In this document: positions 1-13,010 of the stretch, one piece after another
Numbering within the stretch: the stretch's first letter is position 1
Layout of the letters: every line of letters begins with the position of its first letter
NCBI RefSeq assembly: GCF_963921235.1
Contig: NC_086111.1
Span: 51,894,001 to 51,958,000, forward strand
Direction of reading: 5' to 3'
Source: Mobula hypostoma
Lineage: Eukaryota
Length of the DNA: 64,000 nucleotides
Translations under genes and position numbers: made by a program
The notes under the pieces: model-generated
Told to the model about the DNA's origin: nothing
Seen by the model: the letters and a program-made list of their open reading frames with translations, nothing else
The model's database searches: none

Positions 1-125
1 TGGGGTATGAGGGAGAGGTGGGGCATTAGCGGAAGTTAGAGAAGTCAATCAGGTTGGAGGCTACCCAGACACTTTGATGTGTGTTGCTTGAATTTCCAGC
101 ATCTGCAGATTTCCTCGTGTTTGCA
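1..125. mobile_element. Penelope-like element fragment
   Basis: The minus strand of 25-70 reads as the GIY-YIG C-terminus (LGSLQP...DFSNFR). The ccagcatctgcag end is shared with other copies in the window. Confidence 0.55.
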
Positions 126-703
126 CTATAGGGAAATCCATTCATTTCCAGCAAATGCAGAAGTACTTTCTTGTGTCAGAAGTGAATATAAATCTAAGAG
201 TCAAATGTACTTTCCTTGTACCCCGGCACCATTCATACTGATAGAGTAAAAATTATGACAAAATAAACATAGATCCACTTTACAATGACCAAGAGAAAAA
301 CTCTATAAATGCAATTATTACTAATTTGTTTAAATATGTATGTTTATATGTCCTCTTATCTAATTCTTCCATTCCCATTTATCATATCCTGATGAGTCGC
401 TGGGTGTCCAAAGTGCTAAAAAAAACCTTGAAATGTAATTTGGACTAAGGTAATTTACAGAACATTATTGCAATAGATCCTTCTAAATTCATTATCAGTA
501 ACATGGATTGAGCAAAAAGGCATCTTTCCACAACTCCCTCTGTTTATTTTACACATATGCATGCTACCTTAAAATTAGTTTTATGACATGTTAATTGAAA
601 CAAAATGATAGTACACTGAATAATATAATATGTTAATTTCGGCCTAAATTTATTTGATTCTGAAACAAATCTAAGAGTATTATGCTTCAAGTAATATACA
701 TAC

Positions 704-754
704 CTGATAACAAGTTGCTTCAGTTTTCCAACATCACCATAATTCAGTAAAAGC
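704..754 (-). CDS. ATP6AP1L: Ac45-family gene exon 8 (51 nt); gene continues beyond the left edge
   Basis: cccag|G CTT TTA CTG AAT TAT GGT GAT...ATC AG|gtatgt; encodes LLLNYGDVGKLKQLVI(R), like ATP6AP1L LSLKFGD...LAI. Confidence 0.85.
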
Positions 755-1034
755 CTGGGTGCATAAAATTGAACAACATGATATTTACTGATAGCTTTGG
801 AATACTGATTAGATGTTGTAAATAATTATTAAGATAATTAATTTAGGTAAATAATGTGACATTTTCCATGATTTGCATTTGTTATCAATATCAAGCAATA
901 AAACACCAGGTATTCCTTTCACTACTTAGCTCTTCCCATCAGTCTTTGCATCCAATTTTCCAATCTTTATTCAAATAGAATGAATCAGCTTGATTTGTTA
1001 CAGCTGTGTGTGCTTTCAAATTATTCATAGTTCA

Positions 1035-1780
1035 AGTGCTATCTGCAAATTCACTGAAGATATCACTGTTGGTGGAATCTCAGATTGCAATGACTACAGG
1101 AGGGAGATAGAACATCTGGTTGAGTGGTGTCACAGCAACAATCTTGTGCTCAACATCAACAAGAACAAAGAATTGATTAAGGACTTCAGGAAGGAGAATT
1201 TGGGAAAACACACACCAGTCTTCACTGAGGGGTCAGTTGTAAGTTCCTGGGCCCAACACATGATGCAATCATGAAGAAGGTGCAACGGTGGCTCGAATTT
1301 GTTTGGAATTTGAGGAGATTTGGTATGTCACCAAAACCTCTTAGATGTACGGTGGAGAGCTGCATCACGGCCTGTATGGAGGCTCCAATGCACAAGATCA
1401 CAAGAAGCTGCAGAGGGTTTATGGTCTTGGCCAGCTCCATCATAGTCACAATCCTCCCCACCGTTGAGAATATCTTCAAGAGGTGGTGCCTCAGGAAGGC
1501 AGCATCCATCCCTAAGGGCCCTCAGCACTCAGGACATGCCCTCTTCCCATTAGCACCATCAAGGAGAAGGTACACGATCCTGAAGACCCACACTCAACAA
1601 TTTAGGAACAGCTTCTTTCCTTCTGCTATCAGAGTTCTTAAAGGTCCATGAGTGTTCCCTCATTAATCTTCTTTGCACTATTTATTTTTGTAATTTATAG
1701 ATTTTTATGTTTTTGTCTTGTACTGCTGCCTCAGAACAAAAAGTTTTCTATCATAAGTTGGACGTAATAATTCTCATTCT
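1035..1780 (+). mobile_element. Rex1/Babar-type LINE 3' fragment (decayed RT C-terminus)
   Basis: ICKFTED..VG, WCHSNNLVLNINKNKELI.DFRK, LRRFGMSPK, RCTVES, FRNSFFPSAIR.L, with frameshifts. Confidence 0.8.
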
Positions 1781-2417
1781 TTTAAACTACTTTTAAAAGC
1801 TCACTAGCTTTTAAAATAAAACTAATCGTTATCCAAACCTCCTGGATTGCATACAATGCCAAAACTAGATCTTGCTAGCGATCATGTTTATTTTCCATTT
1901 CAAATCTAAGTATTCTGTTGTCAAACTTTCAGACTGTGAGATATTGCAAATTGATTTACATTTGCAGTATCTCACAGCCTGAAAGTTTGACAAATTTCAC
2001 AACTTGCCAAGATCTATAGAATAAAATTTAGATGTAAATAAGAAATTCATAAAAGAAAATATATTGCTTCAGAAAACCCTTATAATCAAATCAGTATGGA
2101 AATCTGAAAATAATTTATAACATCCAAAGATAAAGAGGTAAAATGATTTTTCAGGCAATTACAATTATATACTCAAAAACTGAGCAATAGGCAATTTCAT
2201 GCCTGTACCAAGAACTACCATGACTATTTAAACCATTATGTCAATAAAAATAAAATTATCTTTCTTCATTCATATTATTAAAACCTCTGTGATCAGATAT
2301 CATAATAAGGTGTTAAGTGTCTCTATAACCATATGTTTAAAAAGGTTTAATGTCTAGGAAAACATTCTTAATTCAGTGCAAGTTGCCAAAGGTAAAGTGT
2401 AACTTATCACAACTTAC

Positions 2418-2659
2418 GTGGCATGATCCGCAGAACATGTTGAATTCCTTGTATTAACTTTAGCAGTGTTCCCAAATGTTTTGTTAGTCAAATCGATCTC
2501 TGGCTGGTCTCCAAATCTAATTGTTATCTTTTTGGCAGTGAAGAGAATGCATGTTTTTTCACCATCTGTAACATTTATTGGTGAGTACTGGTTCCAATTT
2601 GGGATTTGCAGAAGCTTCCTACCAAAGCTCATGACATCACTGAAAGAATGTCCAGCCAC
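2418..2659 (-). CDS. ATP6AP1L: Ac45-family gene exon 7 (242 nt), start of the luminal domain
   Basis: VAGHSFSDVMSFGRKLLQ...YSPINVTDGEKTCILFTAKKITIRF...DLTNKTFG...VNTRNSTCSADHA|gtaagt. CILF.A and S.CS are ATP6AP1L-type signatures; several N-glycosylation sequons. Confidence 0.9.
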
Positions 2660-4179
2660 CTATAAAATAGTGATTTCTGAACTTAATTTCCAGCAATAGA
2701 TATTAAAATCACTATTGAATTAAACTTGTTCATTGTTTCAACAAAAGAGTTCAAGGTTTAAAACTGCTAGAGATAATTTATTAAATATATGGTAAAGACT
2801 GCATAAATATTGATATGGATACAAGTCCCGTGGATGTTGGACAAATTGTCTGAGAGAAACTCTACTGTGGCCTTTTCACCGCCAAAGTAAATACTGTTTG
2901 AGGTTTCATAACGGAGGTATTAGATTCTCATAATTTCAATGCACCTTATCCACTACTGACGACATACATTACACATTGCATAGAATTAGGTGGACATTTC
3001 AACACAATATTGAAATTACCAATATTTCTCTGTCATATTAAATCAAAGGAAGCACATGCTGCATACAACTAGATGGCAGTCAGCAAATAAATATTTGTTA
3101 ATGGTCTTCATCGAAAAAATGTTGTCCAGGAGACTAAGCACTGGAATGATTTATGTCTCAGAGAAGCAAATTAATTTCATTATGTGAGGTTAAGAATACT
3201 AACATTTTGCTATCAATTTAAGCAGGGGCAAGACCTTCAAAGATCAATTTGACACTCTACACTGGTATAAACCTGATAATCCGGCACATTCGGTGAGTTC
3301 GGCGATGCCAGACTGGCAGATTTTCTGGATGTTACTTTTATTAATATTTCAAGACTTCTAATTCACTTTTTAAAAACATTATACACAGTAGGATAATGGA
3401 TTTTCCAGTGAACAAGATGAGTTGAAAGGGAGTATGGAAGCAGAGACCCTGTTGTTTGCACAGATACGTGTGAACTGAGGCCCTGTTCTGTGGGGTGGAA
3501 GGAAGGAGCAGGAAATGTGGGCTTGACTGTGTTGGGGGGTGGGGAACTGTTGCATGGGGGATAGAAAGGGAGGAGAGGAACCATGGTCCCATTGTGTAAA
3601 AGGGATTGGAAGAACCAAGGCTCTGGCAAGTGGAAAGGGAGGGTAGGAACTGGGACTCCAATGTGCCACCTGGAACACAAGAAATGGTGTGTTAGAGGAA
3701 GTTAACAACCAGGGCCCTGAAAGTGAGTGTGGGAATCAGCCCCAGATAAGAGCAAAGGGAGTATGGCAAACATTATTAGTGTGCTAGATGCCGAGCTATT
3801 AGGACTTCCAAATAGTTGGATAGTGGTTTTACTTCTAATATCTGTAGTTTTAAAAGATTGTTGCAATCACTAGAAGATACAACATTCTCAGGCTTCTAAA
3901 ATGGGCAACAGAAATGCGTCGCCTTTGGATTTTTCCTATGATATTGCAACTGTTCTAATCTGCAACCTGGTGATCATCCTCATCTGTTCTAAAATGTGGG
4001 TTTGTGCTTTGTAAGCACACAACTTTTAACACTTGCAAATTGTTCAGTGACAGATTTGCTAACTCTCTCTTCACCGGCCACCCTAACACCACCACCCGCC
4101 CCCCCCCACCCCACCGCCCTTGCCTTCGCTTCCATAGTTTCTTGGTGATTGAGTTGAGTAACAGTTTATTCACCAAGTA

Positions 4180-4430
4180 GGATAAGCCCTCTTCTTGTTA
4201 CTACCATCAGGGAGGAGTTACATGAGCCTGAAGACCCTCACTCAATACTTCAGAAACAGCTTCTTCCCCTCTAATTCTGAACGGTCCATGAACACTACCT
4301 CACTATTATTTTAGTTACATTCTTTATATATTTTTAACTTATAAAAAAAATGTCTTTGCACAGTACTGCTGCTGAAAAAACAAATTTCATATCATATAAG
4401 GCAGTGATAATAAGCCTGATTCTGGTCCTG
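4180..4430 (+). mobile_element. Rex1/Babar-type LINE 3' tail
   Basis: LPSGRSY.SLKT.T...FRNSFFP motif plus the 3'UTR shared with other copies. Confidence 0.65.
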
Positions 4431-4688
4431 TTTTGGACCAGTGGGCTCAAAGACTAACTATAAGGAGGCACGAAGAAGCAGACTAGAGAATTAGGTATCT
4501 TTCCTCTCCCCATTCTCCTACTGGACGGGTAGATGAGGAGTTCTGAGCTCAGCTATTTGTAACAGCATGTGAACCACGGGCATAAACAGACATGCAGACT
4601 ATAATGAACATCAGAAATTTTAAGAACACATAATTATAAACAAACATTTGGAAAAGAAGAAAGAGGTAGTGGGTTAAGTATTTTATAC

Positions 4689-4771
4689 CTTGGAACTCCA
4701 GCCAGCCATGAAAATAGCTGTATAAGGGACCTCATTTGTTTTGAAAGTATTGACGACCAGTTTAATAACGT
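4689..4771 (-). CDS. ATP6AP1L: Ac45-family gene exon 6 (83 nt)
   Basis: DVIKLVVNTFKTNEVPYTAIFMAGWSSK|gtataa. The VPYTA motif is shared with ATP6AP1 (DVPYTAALTAVRPSR). Confidence 0.85.
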
Positions 4772-5394
4772 CTGTTTAAAAATAAAGCAAATTTTAAATT
4801 ATATGACAAAAAACAGAATATGCTTTTTTCTGATATGACCTACCACATTACCACAATTAGACTACATATCTTTAGTGATCATATTCATAATTTTTATATG
4901 TAATTCATTCTACCTCTTTAGAGCAGTTTGAGATACAATAGCTAAGGGAAAAGGGTAAAGATGAGTTCCTCTCCAATGTCCTTGTCCTTAACTGCTGTGT
5001 TATTCTGCTTCAATTCCTGCCTCGCTGTTAAGGAGGGATGCAAATGATTAATTGCATTTTTTAAAGTTATATTAATAATCATATGACTATTCTCCCAGAT
5101 CACCCAACCGTAGCTCCATGGGAGAACACCATTGCCTGGGCCAGCGCATTCCTGACCTCCACACCTGCAGATTGAAACTCCAGGTATCAGCACTGAGTCC
5201 AGGAGTGAACACAAAAAGCATAAGTTAAATTGAGAGACCCTGAGCTTTGTCTCAGTCATGGCTGTTGCACGTAACAGGGCCACAGAGGATAACAAAGATA
5301 GAAAAGATAACTGAAGGTCAATGATTATTGTTTATATTTTTACTAATTTGTGTTAATGTTCTTATTTAATTTGCATCAGTCAAATTTTTTTGGG

Positions 5395-5980
5395 ATATTA
5401 AACTGGCTGCATCACACACTGGCACGGAAATGCTAATACCCTTGAACAAAAAATCCTGCCAAAAGTAGTGGATATGGCCCAGTCCATCACGGGTAAAGCC
5501 CTCCCCACTATTCAGCACATCTACACTGAGCGTTGTCGCAAGAAACCCGCATCCACCACCCAGGGCATGGTCTCTTCTCACTGTTGCCATCAGGAAGAAG
5601 CTGCAGGAGTCTCTGGACTCACACCACCAGGTTCAGGAACAGTTATTACCCTTAACCATCAGGCTCTTGAACCAAAATGGATAACTTCACTCAACTTCAC
5701 TTACCCCATCACTGAACTATTCCCACAAGCTATGGACTCACTTTCAAGGACTCTTCATCTCATGTTCTTGATATTTATTGTTTATTTATTTATTATTAAT
5801 ATTTCCTTTTTTTCTTTCTTTTTGCATTTGCACATTTTGTTATCTTTTGCATTCTAGTTGTCTGCTATGGTCTTTCACTGATTCTATTATGACTATTGGA
5901 CTTACTGAGTATGCAGGCACGAAAATGAATCAGGGTTATATACGGTGACATACACTTGATAATAAATTAACTTTGAAATA
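5395..5980 (+). mobile_element. Rex1/Babar-type LINE 3' fragment
   Basis: AQSITGKALPTIQHIYTERCRKK plus the typical 3'UTR. Confidence 0.75.
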
Positions 5981-7120
5981 ATCATTTATTAATATTTTTG
6001 CTTTTGTTGGTTTTAAAGACATTTTAATTATTTAAGTATATTTCAACTCTTTTTAAAATGTTTCTGATTATCATTAGAAACATTTGAAAAGCCCTTTAAG
6101 AGCAGTAAGCAGTGAAGGCTACCAAGGCAGTGTAGAGTAGGGCATCAGGATGTGTTGTCTAAGTCCCATTGGCTACTTGCAGACCACTCCGCTTCATGGA
6201 ATAGCCACAATGGGGAGAACTGAGAAAGGTTAATGAATAGTGGGGGTCATGCAGTGAGGTGGGGTGAGGGGGAGCAGGAGATGAATGCATTTATGGGTAA
6301 TAATGTGCACAACCCAGTCCATTTTTATATGAAGAGGATGATCTAATTCCAAATGTGTTATAAAGTTGTACTTGGTCTATTTCTATACTCTGCTGTATAA
6401 CTGATCAGACCCCCAATAACTGACAACATTACCAAACGAGGACTGAGCACTCCAGGTCAATTACAACTCCCACCAAGCCACAGCCAAAATTTTGAATTCC
6501 AAACCGGACAGGAGTAGGTTGTGCCCTGATGTCTACACCTTGGGGAAGTGGTTCAGCAGCACCTACTGTCATACCACCAAAGCCAGCCCATTAACATGGT
6601 GTCTCAGCGAGCATTTGATGCCTTCAGGAAAGAGAGAAAAGATTATATGTGGAAAAATTTAAGGGAAAAATTCGAACCATGGCTTTTTTTTTAGTAAATT
6701 TCTGAATATTTTAAAATATCAGTTCTCTGGCCATCTTAATCTAAAAAGTTTCTATTTCTGAAAAGAGGTGGAAAGTGTTTGCTTTATCCATAGAATTCAG
6801 CTGATTCTATATAAAACAAACATAAAGCAAGTATGCTTAAAGAAAGGCAATTATTAACGTTTTGGACATTTTCAATCGTTGTACACCAATAATGCACCCT
6901 GCTATTTGGCTATCTGGTTGCCAAAAATTATTGGATAATTTTTCTGTCTACAATTTTAATAGCATTAAATTATCAAACAAATAAAAGCTTACAAAAGCAA
7001 TAGACTGGACACCTGAAGTAAATGCTAAACACTGTGAAATTATGAGCTGCTCTGCTACAGGCTAAAGTGAGAAAGCAATGTGAATATTTTGGGTTGTTCA
7101 CCTTTCATTAGAAAGCTTAC

Positions 7121-7161
7121 CATCATCGGCTAGGACTTTGATATCTGCTGTCACTGCAGAT
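7121..7161 (-). CDS. ATP6AP1L: Ac45-family gene exon 5 (41 nt)
   Basis: cttccag|A..G|gtaagc; encodes SAVTADIKVLADD. Phases 2/1 exactly bridge exons 4 and 6. Confidence 0.75.
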
Positions 7162-7329
7162 CTGGAAGAGGAATATTGTGTTTAATCAGTATAAACAATT
7201 ATATAAATTTAACACCTACAATCCCAAATTTGATAATTAGAGACAGGAAAATTAATTACTTCAAAATAAACCATGTAAGAACATGCACTATCAACAAAGA
7301 GTGATAAAAATCTATATCTGGAATCACTA

Positions 7330-8432
7330 GTTTGTGTGCTCATTAATCTTGTAACAGAAGTTTCCAGTACACTGTCTCTACGATTTGATTGATGCAGAAG
7401 CTGTAACTTCTGCCCTCCGGTCTATGTAGTGAAATGTGAAACCCTTGGGCTAGAATACTGTATCCGGAATGAACTATGTCTCAGTGAAGCAGAGTACGCA
7501 GCAATCCCTGATGTCCCTGATCTTTCTCTGAGGGCTTCAATTTTACTTTCCAGAGATTGTACAATAGTCAAGAGGATGGTGGGGAGAGAGAGTCTCAGTG
7601 CCCCCTGTTTCGGTTTTACTGGCAACCCACTTTGGCAAACTCGGTTTCTCAGCTTAGCCGGACAATGGAGACTTCTGCTACATTCCCTCGCTGGGTTGTC
7701 TGTAATCTCAACTGTGCTGACTTTAAAGACTGATAATGCCGACAGGCTAGTCCAGTGGCGTCATATCAACAACTTTGCACTCAACGTCAGCAACTGATTG
7801 TGGACTTCAGGAAGGGGACATAGAGAAAACACACACTCATTGAGGGTTCAGCCATAGAAAGGGCAAATAACTTCAAGTACAGTACCTGGGCATCAACATC
7901 TTAGAGGATACAACCATGCTGAACAGCTGGGAGTTTGAGGAGATTTGGGATGTCCCTAAAGACTCTAGTAAATTCCTACAGATGTACTGTGGAGAGCATT
8001 CTAACTGGTTGTATCATCGTTTGGCACAGAGATGCCAATGCACAGGATCATAAGACTTCAGATGTTATAGACTCAGCCAACTCTAACACAAGCACAAGCC
8101 TCCCCTCCAACAAGGCTATCTTCGAAAGGCAATGCCTCAAGAGGCAGCATCCGTCACTAAGAACCTTCACCACCCAGGACATGTCCTCTTATCATCTGTG
8201 AGCCTGCAGACCCACACTCAATGTTTTAGGATCAGCTTCTTCCCCTCAGCCATTAGAGTTCTGAATGGTCCATGAACCCCTAAATACTACCTCACTATTC
8301 CTGTTTTGCACTAACTATCTATCTAGGAATCTATTACTATAACTTACAGTAATTCAATATGTCTGCTCTGTACTGCTAGCCCAAAACAACTTTCATGAGC
8401 TAATGCCAGTGAAAATAATTGTGATTCTGATC
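7330..8432. mobile_element. Rex1/Babar-type LINE pieces: 5' endonuclease start (minus, ~7330-7735) joined to an RT 3' fragment (plus, ~7735-8432)
   Basis: Minus: LPTILLTIVQSLESKIEALR. Plus: NNFALNVS, RRFGMSLKTLVNSYRCTVESILTGCIIVW. Confidence 0.7.
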
Positions 8433-9296
8433 GTATATGAGAGGTGAAGTTATGGAGGTGGGAGTCGAGGGCCCTGGTGATAGAGAGGAAGCTGACTTCA
8501 GAATCAAATTGGATATCAAACCGCGAGCAATATGGTTCAGTATCTGGCTGGAAGTGATCAGAGGGAGGAAAACAATGGGTAAAACAGCTTTAATTTTCCC
8601 CAATGTTAACACTGCTTAGCATTCTACCGGATAAATGTTTCAAATTACTGTTTCAGAAGATTCAAAATACATTTTCTCTCTGGGGGAGGTGGGGGAATGG
8701 GATGTCGTCTAGACATTGAACAAAGATTGCCAACGAATCTGATGCCAATCTCCCGAACTTGTCAGCCACTGTCACTAATCAGCTCATTGTCACTGGACTG
8801 GGGAGATGGGGTGGGGGTGGAAGACAGGGTTGGGAGGGGGGGAAGGGGCAGCATTGCCTGTGTGGTCACCCCGGCACTCAGCCGTGACTCGGGACAGTGG
8901 ACGCTTTTCCCGTTGTGAGGAAACTTCTGGCAATCAAGGAATGGATTCCAGACAAGCAACATGGTAAATCAGGAATTACAGAGAGGTAGTTCTCAGCACC
9001 AACAGTGTACATGTCACGTCCTTGGATAATGCTGCACATTTATGAGAAATAGAAGAGGGTTAAAGATAAACCCCTGTCAAAATCCAGAGCTACCAGTGTA
9101 CGACAGGATGCAAAATCATTGCAGTTGGTTCACCTGCTATAAATAGATGTGAGACAGTGCTGAAGGTTCAGTTGTCATCGTCGAGACCAGAGGGAAGAAA
9201 ATTGTGGCAGCACAGGAAGAATCAAAATACTGCAAACTCGCTTCATTTAGTTCTAACCCAACTCATGCCCATTGTGCATTTAGAAATGTACATTAC

Positions 9297-9490
9297 CTGT
9301 ACGTTAATGGTAATTTCACTATTAGTAATAACGGTTTAGTGCTGTTCATTTCTGGATTCCAAAATGGTAATTGATTTACATATACTGAATATCCTCCGAG
9401 CTTCTCGTGCACGTATTCAGGGAGCCGATACGTCCAACGCTGGCTTACGGCTGGTAGGACAATCCAAGATGGAGCAGAATCCAGAATATT
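9297..9490 (-). CDS. ATP6AP1L: Ac45-family gene exon 4 (194 nt)
   Basis: NILDSAPSWIVLPAVSQRWTYRLPEYVHEKLGGYSVYVNQLPFWNPEMNSTKPLLLIVKLPLTY(R) vs ATP6AP1 NALDLAPSSLVLPAVDW...LQEKLGAS...NASLPALLLIRLPYT. Canonical ag/gt ends. Confidence 0.9.
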
Positions 9491-9644
9491 CTACGAACAA
9501 AAGAATGAGCTTGCATTTATAAAGTTATATTGCTTCTTTATTGACAATCATTTTTTAATTACTTTTGTATGTAATTGTAGATACTTCTTGAATATATTAC
9601 CATTGATCTTGTAACCTAGAGTCTTTGGCTAACAATCCTCATAC

Positions 9645-9785
9645 CCAAACAAGAGATTCTACAGATGCTGGAAATCTTGAGCAACAGACACAGAGTGCCA
9701 GGGGAACTCAGCAGGTCAGGCAGCATCTGCGGAGGGGAATAAACAGTTGATGTTTTGGGTCGAGACCCTTATTCAGGACTCTGGA
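9645..9785 (-). mobile_element. Penelope-type terminal repeat with decayed hammerhead motif
   Basis: cagatgctggaaatc...gaactcagcaggtcaggcagcatc...gttttgggtcgagaccctt, repeated at several places in the window. Confidence 0.6.
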
Positions 9786-10789
9786 AAATTAACATTGGGA
9801 GATCTTTTAAACTGTAAAAGTTAAGTTTTTTTAACACTTCATTATTTATTTATTTATCTATCTATCATCCTTAATCGTATATGTTGGTTAAAAGATATGT
9901 ATAATAATTTAGATATCATTTATAATTCCTGTTGAAAAATATTGCACTGTGCAAGTTTCACTGCAGATACTTCTATCTAACTGGCTGAAGAATTTCCTCA
10001 TACTTTTCAAATGACAGATGCCACAGAGACCACGTAATAACTTAGGAAAACTAGGAATTGTCACTCAAAATTGAGTACGCAAGGCAAACTGTGAAAACTT
10101 CCCCTGGCACTCTCAGCAGAAATAGTCAGAAAATATGTAGAAATCACCCAATATAACCATACCTCAACTGTATTTTAATGAATGGCATCAAAAACACATA
10201 CGATTGTTAAGAAAGAATAATTATTAAAAGTGGAGAGAGAGGGGAAGCTAGTTCTGCCGTTCATAGAAATGAATATATGTATATATGTTGGAACTTTGCG
10301 TTTGATCATCTGAATAGAGCTCATTCATATGTGCAGGCTTCTGTGAGCAAGGTGTTTGTAACCTGGGTATAGCCTGTATTTAACTATTTGACCACAATCT
10401 TGTCCAGACATAACTGCAGGAGTACTTCGGTGCAGTGTCCAAGGGGCAACCATCTTTACAGACCTTCCTTTCACCCATTCTTTCATCCTTAAGATCAGAA
10501 GTGGCGTGTTGTTCACCATCCTATTACATTCGCAACTCCTCAGAAAACTTAGCACATGGCAGTCAGGTACAGATTGGTAAGAGACAAGTGACAATCATGC
10601 CATAAAATATCTAGGCAATTACCATCCGCAATTGGACTTCGATGGGCAAACCATTCCTTCGATTCCCACTATGAACATCCTGGGAGTCTACAATAAGCAG
10701 TAACTTAGTCAGCCAGAGCAAATCAGAGGCTATGCAGACTGTGGCAATCAGTCATCTCCCCATTTTCATTATTTATAAGATACAGGAAG

Positions 10790-11010
10790 CCAGCTGGGGG
10801 TGTAGTGGCATCAGCACCAGACTTCGAGATGAGTCCTGGGTTTGAATCTGGCCGGATCCTTGCACACTTTCCATCTGTGCTGGGTTACTCTTCAAGCTAC
10901 CAACTCGGCCTCGTAAAAACAAACAAAATGCTAAAGAAATGGCAAACTTGCCACCTGATGCGCCACAAGGCGCGGAGGGGAACAGCGATATCACAGACAC
11001 AGGAAGGAGC
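10790..11010 (+). mobile_element. tRNA-derived SINE
   Basis: A-box-like GGTGTAGTGG and B-box-like GGGTTTGAATC, followed by a non-tRNA body. Confidence 0.55.
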
Positions 11011-11823
11011 ATGGTGGAACACTTTCCACGTGCCTGAATGAATGAAAATCCAATAACACTCAAGTACCTTCAACAGTTTACAGGACCAACTGGTGCAATA
11101 ATTGGTTTCTCATAAACCACACTAATTATTCATTCCTTCATCAGCAATGCGCCATTGGGGCTGTGCTCTACAAAAATGTCTAGTTATTCATCTGGGCTGA
11201 TCCGACAGCACCTTCCAGACCTGTGACCTACAGCAGAGAAGGCTAAAGGGCTGCAGATGGACCACCGTCTTGATTCAGATATATAATGTCATTGACGTAG
11301 TTACTTCATCATCAGGTCTTAGTCCTACAACACTCCCATTGTAGAAGGGCCTTTATTGGGAGCAGTTTAGTACTTTCAGGAGTGATTCACCACCACCATG
11401 CAAGGGGCATACCTCAAGAATAAATTTAACCAAAAAAAATTCAATGAGAAGTTTGGGGAAGTGGAAAGGAAATAAGCATTACATTCTAGTTAATTATTCT
11501 CTGCTTATCTACAGTGGAAGACATTCAATATTGTGAATTCAAAGCTTATGAATTATGGCCAGTATATTACTCATTGTGCATTTAATCAGTACTAAAAAAT
11601 GAATTCCACATTTCCCAATAAATTGGTCCTTATAAAAGCAGTAATAAAATTAATTTCTGAGTTATTCGTTAAGCTCTGAATATTATTCACAATTTAATCT
11701 TTCCTTTCAGGTCCAGAGATGAAAACATATTACCTAAAAAAAATCTTGATCACTTCATGCTTTGTTGTAATAAATAAACGAAGTAAATTTGGTAATATGA
11801 TCATGAAATAGGATCTATCATAC

Positions 11824-11886
11824 CTGAATGTTAGAAAATGTGTGGGCCACACTGGCATCAGAATTCATAATATCGTTGGTGTTCAG
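11824..11886 (-). CDS. ATP6AP1L: Ac45-family gene exon 3 (63 nt)
   Basis: ttttcag|CTG..CAG|gtatga. LNTNDIMNSDASVAHTFSNIQ resembles ATP6AP1 LSIEDF...SAFSNLE. Phase 0/0. Confidence 0.8.
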
Positions 11887-12369
11887 CTGAAAATACAAGG
11901 TTGAAATGTTGAAATAGAACATAGATTTTCATTTCTTTTTGAACATAAGCAATTAACTCAGTGTTCATAATTTGGTGCAAAATGTGCACTTTGAATGAAT
12001 CATTTAGTTGATAAATATTAAATCAGTTATTACAATATAACTTGATTACTTTGGATACCAGGTGTAGAATGACATACATGTTTAAACACACAAGTCCACA
12101 ACTGACAACACCAAAAAGCATCTTTGAATTAGAAAGTTAGATACAAAGTTTTGTGCAAAATTCTTAGATGTATATATAAAAAAGACAAATTTCATGACAT
12201 ATGTGAGTGATGATAAACCCGATTCTCTATGGGTCTCTATTGTGGACAGAGAGTGAGAAGGGGGGAATCATGGTTGGGAAAAAGGTGAGGGGAAGAGGGC
12301 GGGGGCAGGAAGCATCAGAGAGACATTCTGTAATGATCAAATAACCAATCATTTGGAATCAAAAGACAT

Positions 12370-13010
12370 TGACTGTGGGTGTTGTACAATGAACCAGAAT
12401 TGATTAGAAAGCTTAAAGTAAAAGAACCCCAAGGAGCAAGTGATCATAATAGATTACAAATTGATCGGGGCATCAAGGGATATGGTGAGAGGGCAGGTGT
12501 ATGGGGTTGAATGGGTTCTGGGATCAGCGGTGATGAAATGGCAGAGTGGACTCGATGGGCTGAATGGCCTAATTCTGTTCCTTTGTCTTATGGCCTTATG
12601 AACTGGGGTCTCAGGGCGGGGTGTGTCTTCCTCCACTTCACTCCCTGCCCTGGCACGGCTTCTCTGCCACCTGTCCCATACCCCTCCGCCATTCCCAACA
12701 TCCTTTGCTCCTGCCAGATTTACAAACTCGCTCTCCGCTCGATATTGACAAAGACAGCAAGTCTTAGGTACCCAACACGAGAGTGGTGAATCTGTTGAAT
12801 CCTCTGCCACAGGAAACAGTTGAGGCCAGTTCATTGGCTATATTTAAGAGGGAGTTAGATATGGCCCTTGCGGCTAAAGGGATCAGGGGGTATGGAGAGA
12901 AGGCAGGTACAGGGTTCTGAATTGGATGATCAGCCATGATCATACTGTATGACGGTGCAGGCTCAAAGGGCTGAATGGCCTACTCCTGCACCTATTTTCT
13001 ATGTTTCTAA
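12370..13010 (+). mobile_element. CR1 LINE fragments, including two 3' ends
   Basis: gggctgaatggcctactcctgcacctattttctatgtttcta tail (12970-13010) and a related tail ending ~12600; 12370-12450 resembles CR1 ORF2. Confidence 0.75.

Noticed and set aside
385-420. CTGATGA suggesting a hammerhead core or a C/D box
   Set aside because: No GAAA with a closing stem II, and no suitably placed D box with a terminal stem.
4914-4941. 28-nt minus-strand pseudo-exon with a strong polypyrimidine tract
   Set aside because: The donor is weak (gtagaa), and its length would break the frame between exons 5 and 6.
8990-9035. TCAGCACC half of a REST/NRSE site
   Set aside because: The second half-site is poor and wrongly spaced.
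10790-10870. tRNA-like A/B boxes (also at ~14955-15030)
   Set aside because: No complete cloverleaf, and followed by SINE bodies; these are SINE heads, not tRNA genes.
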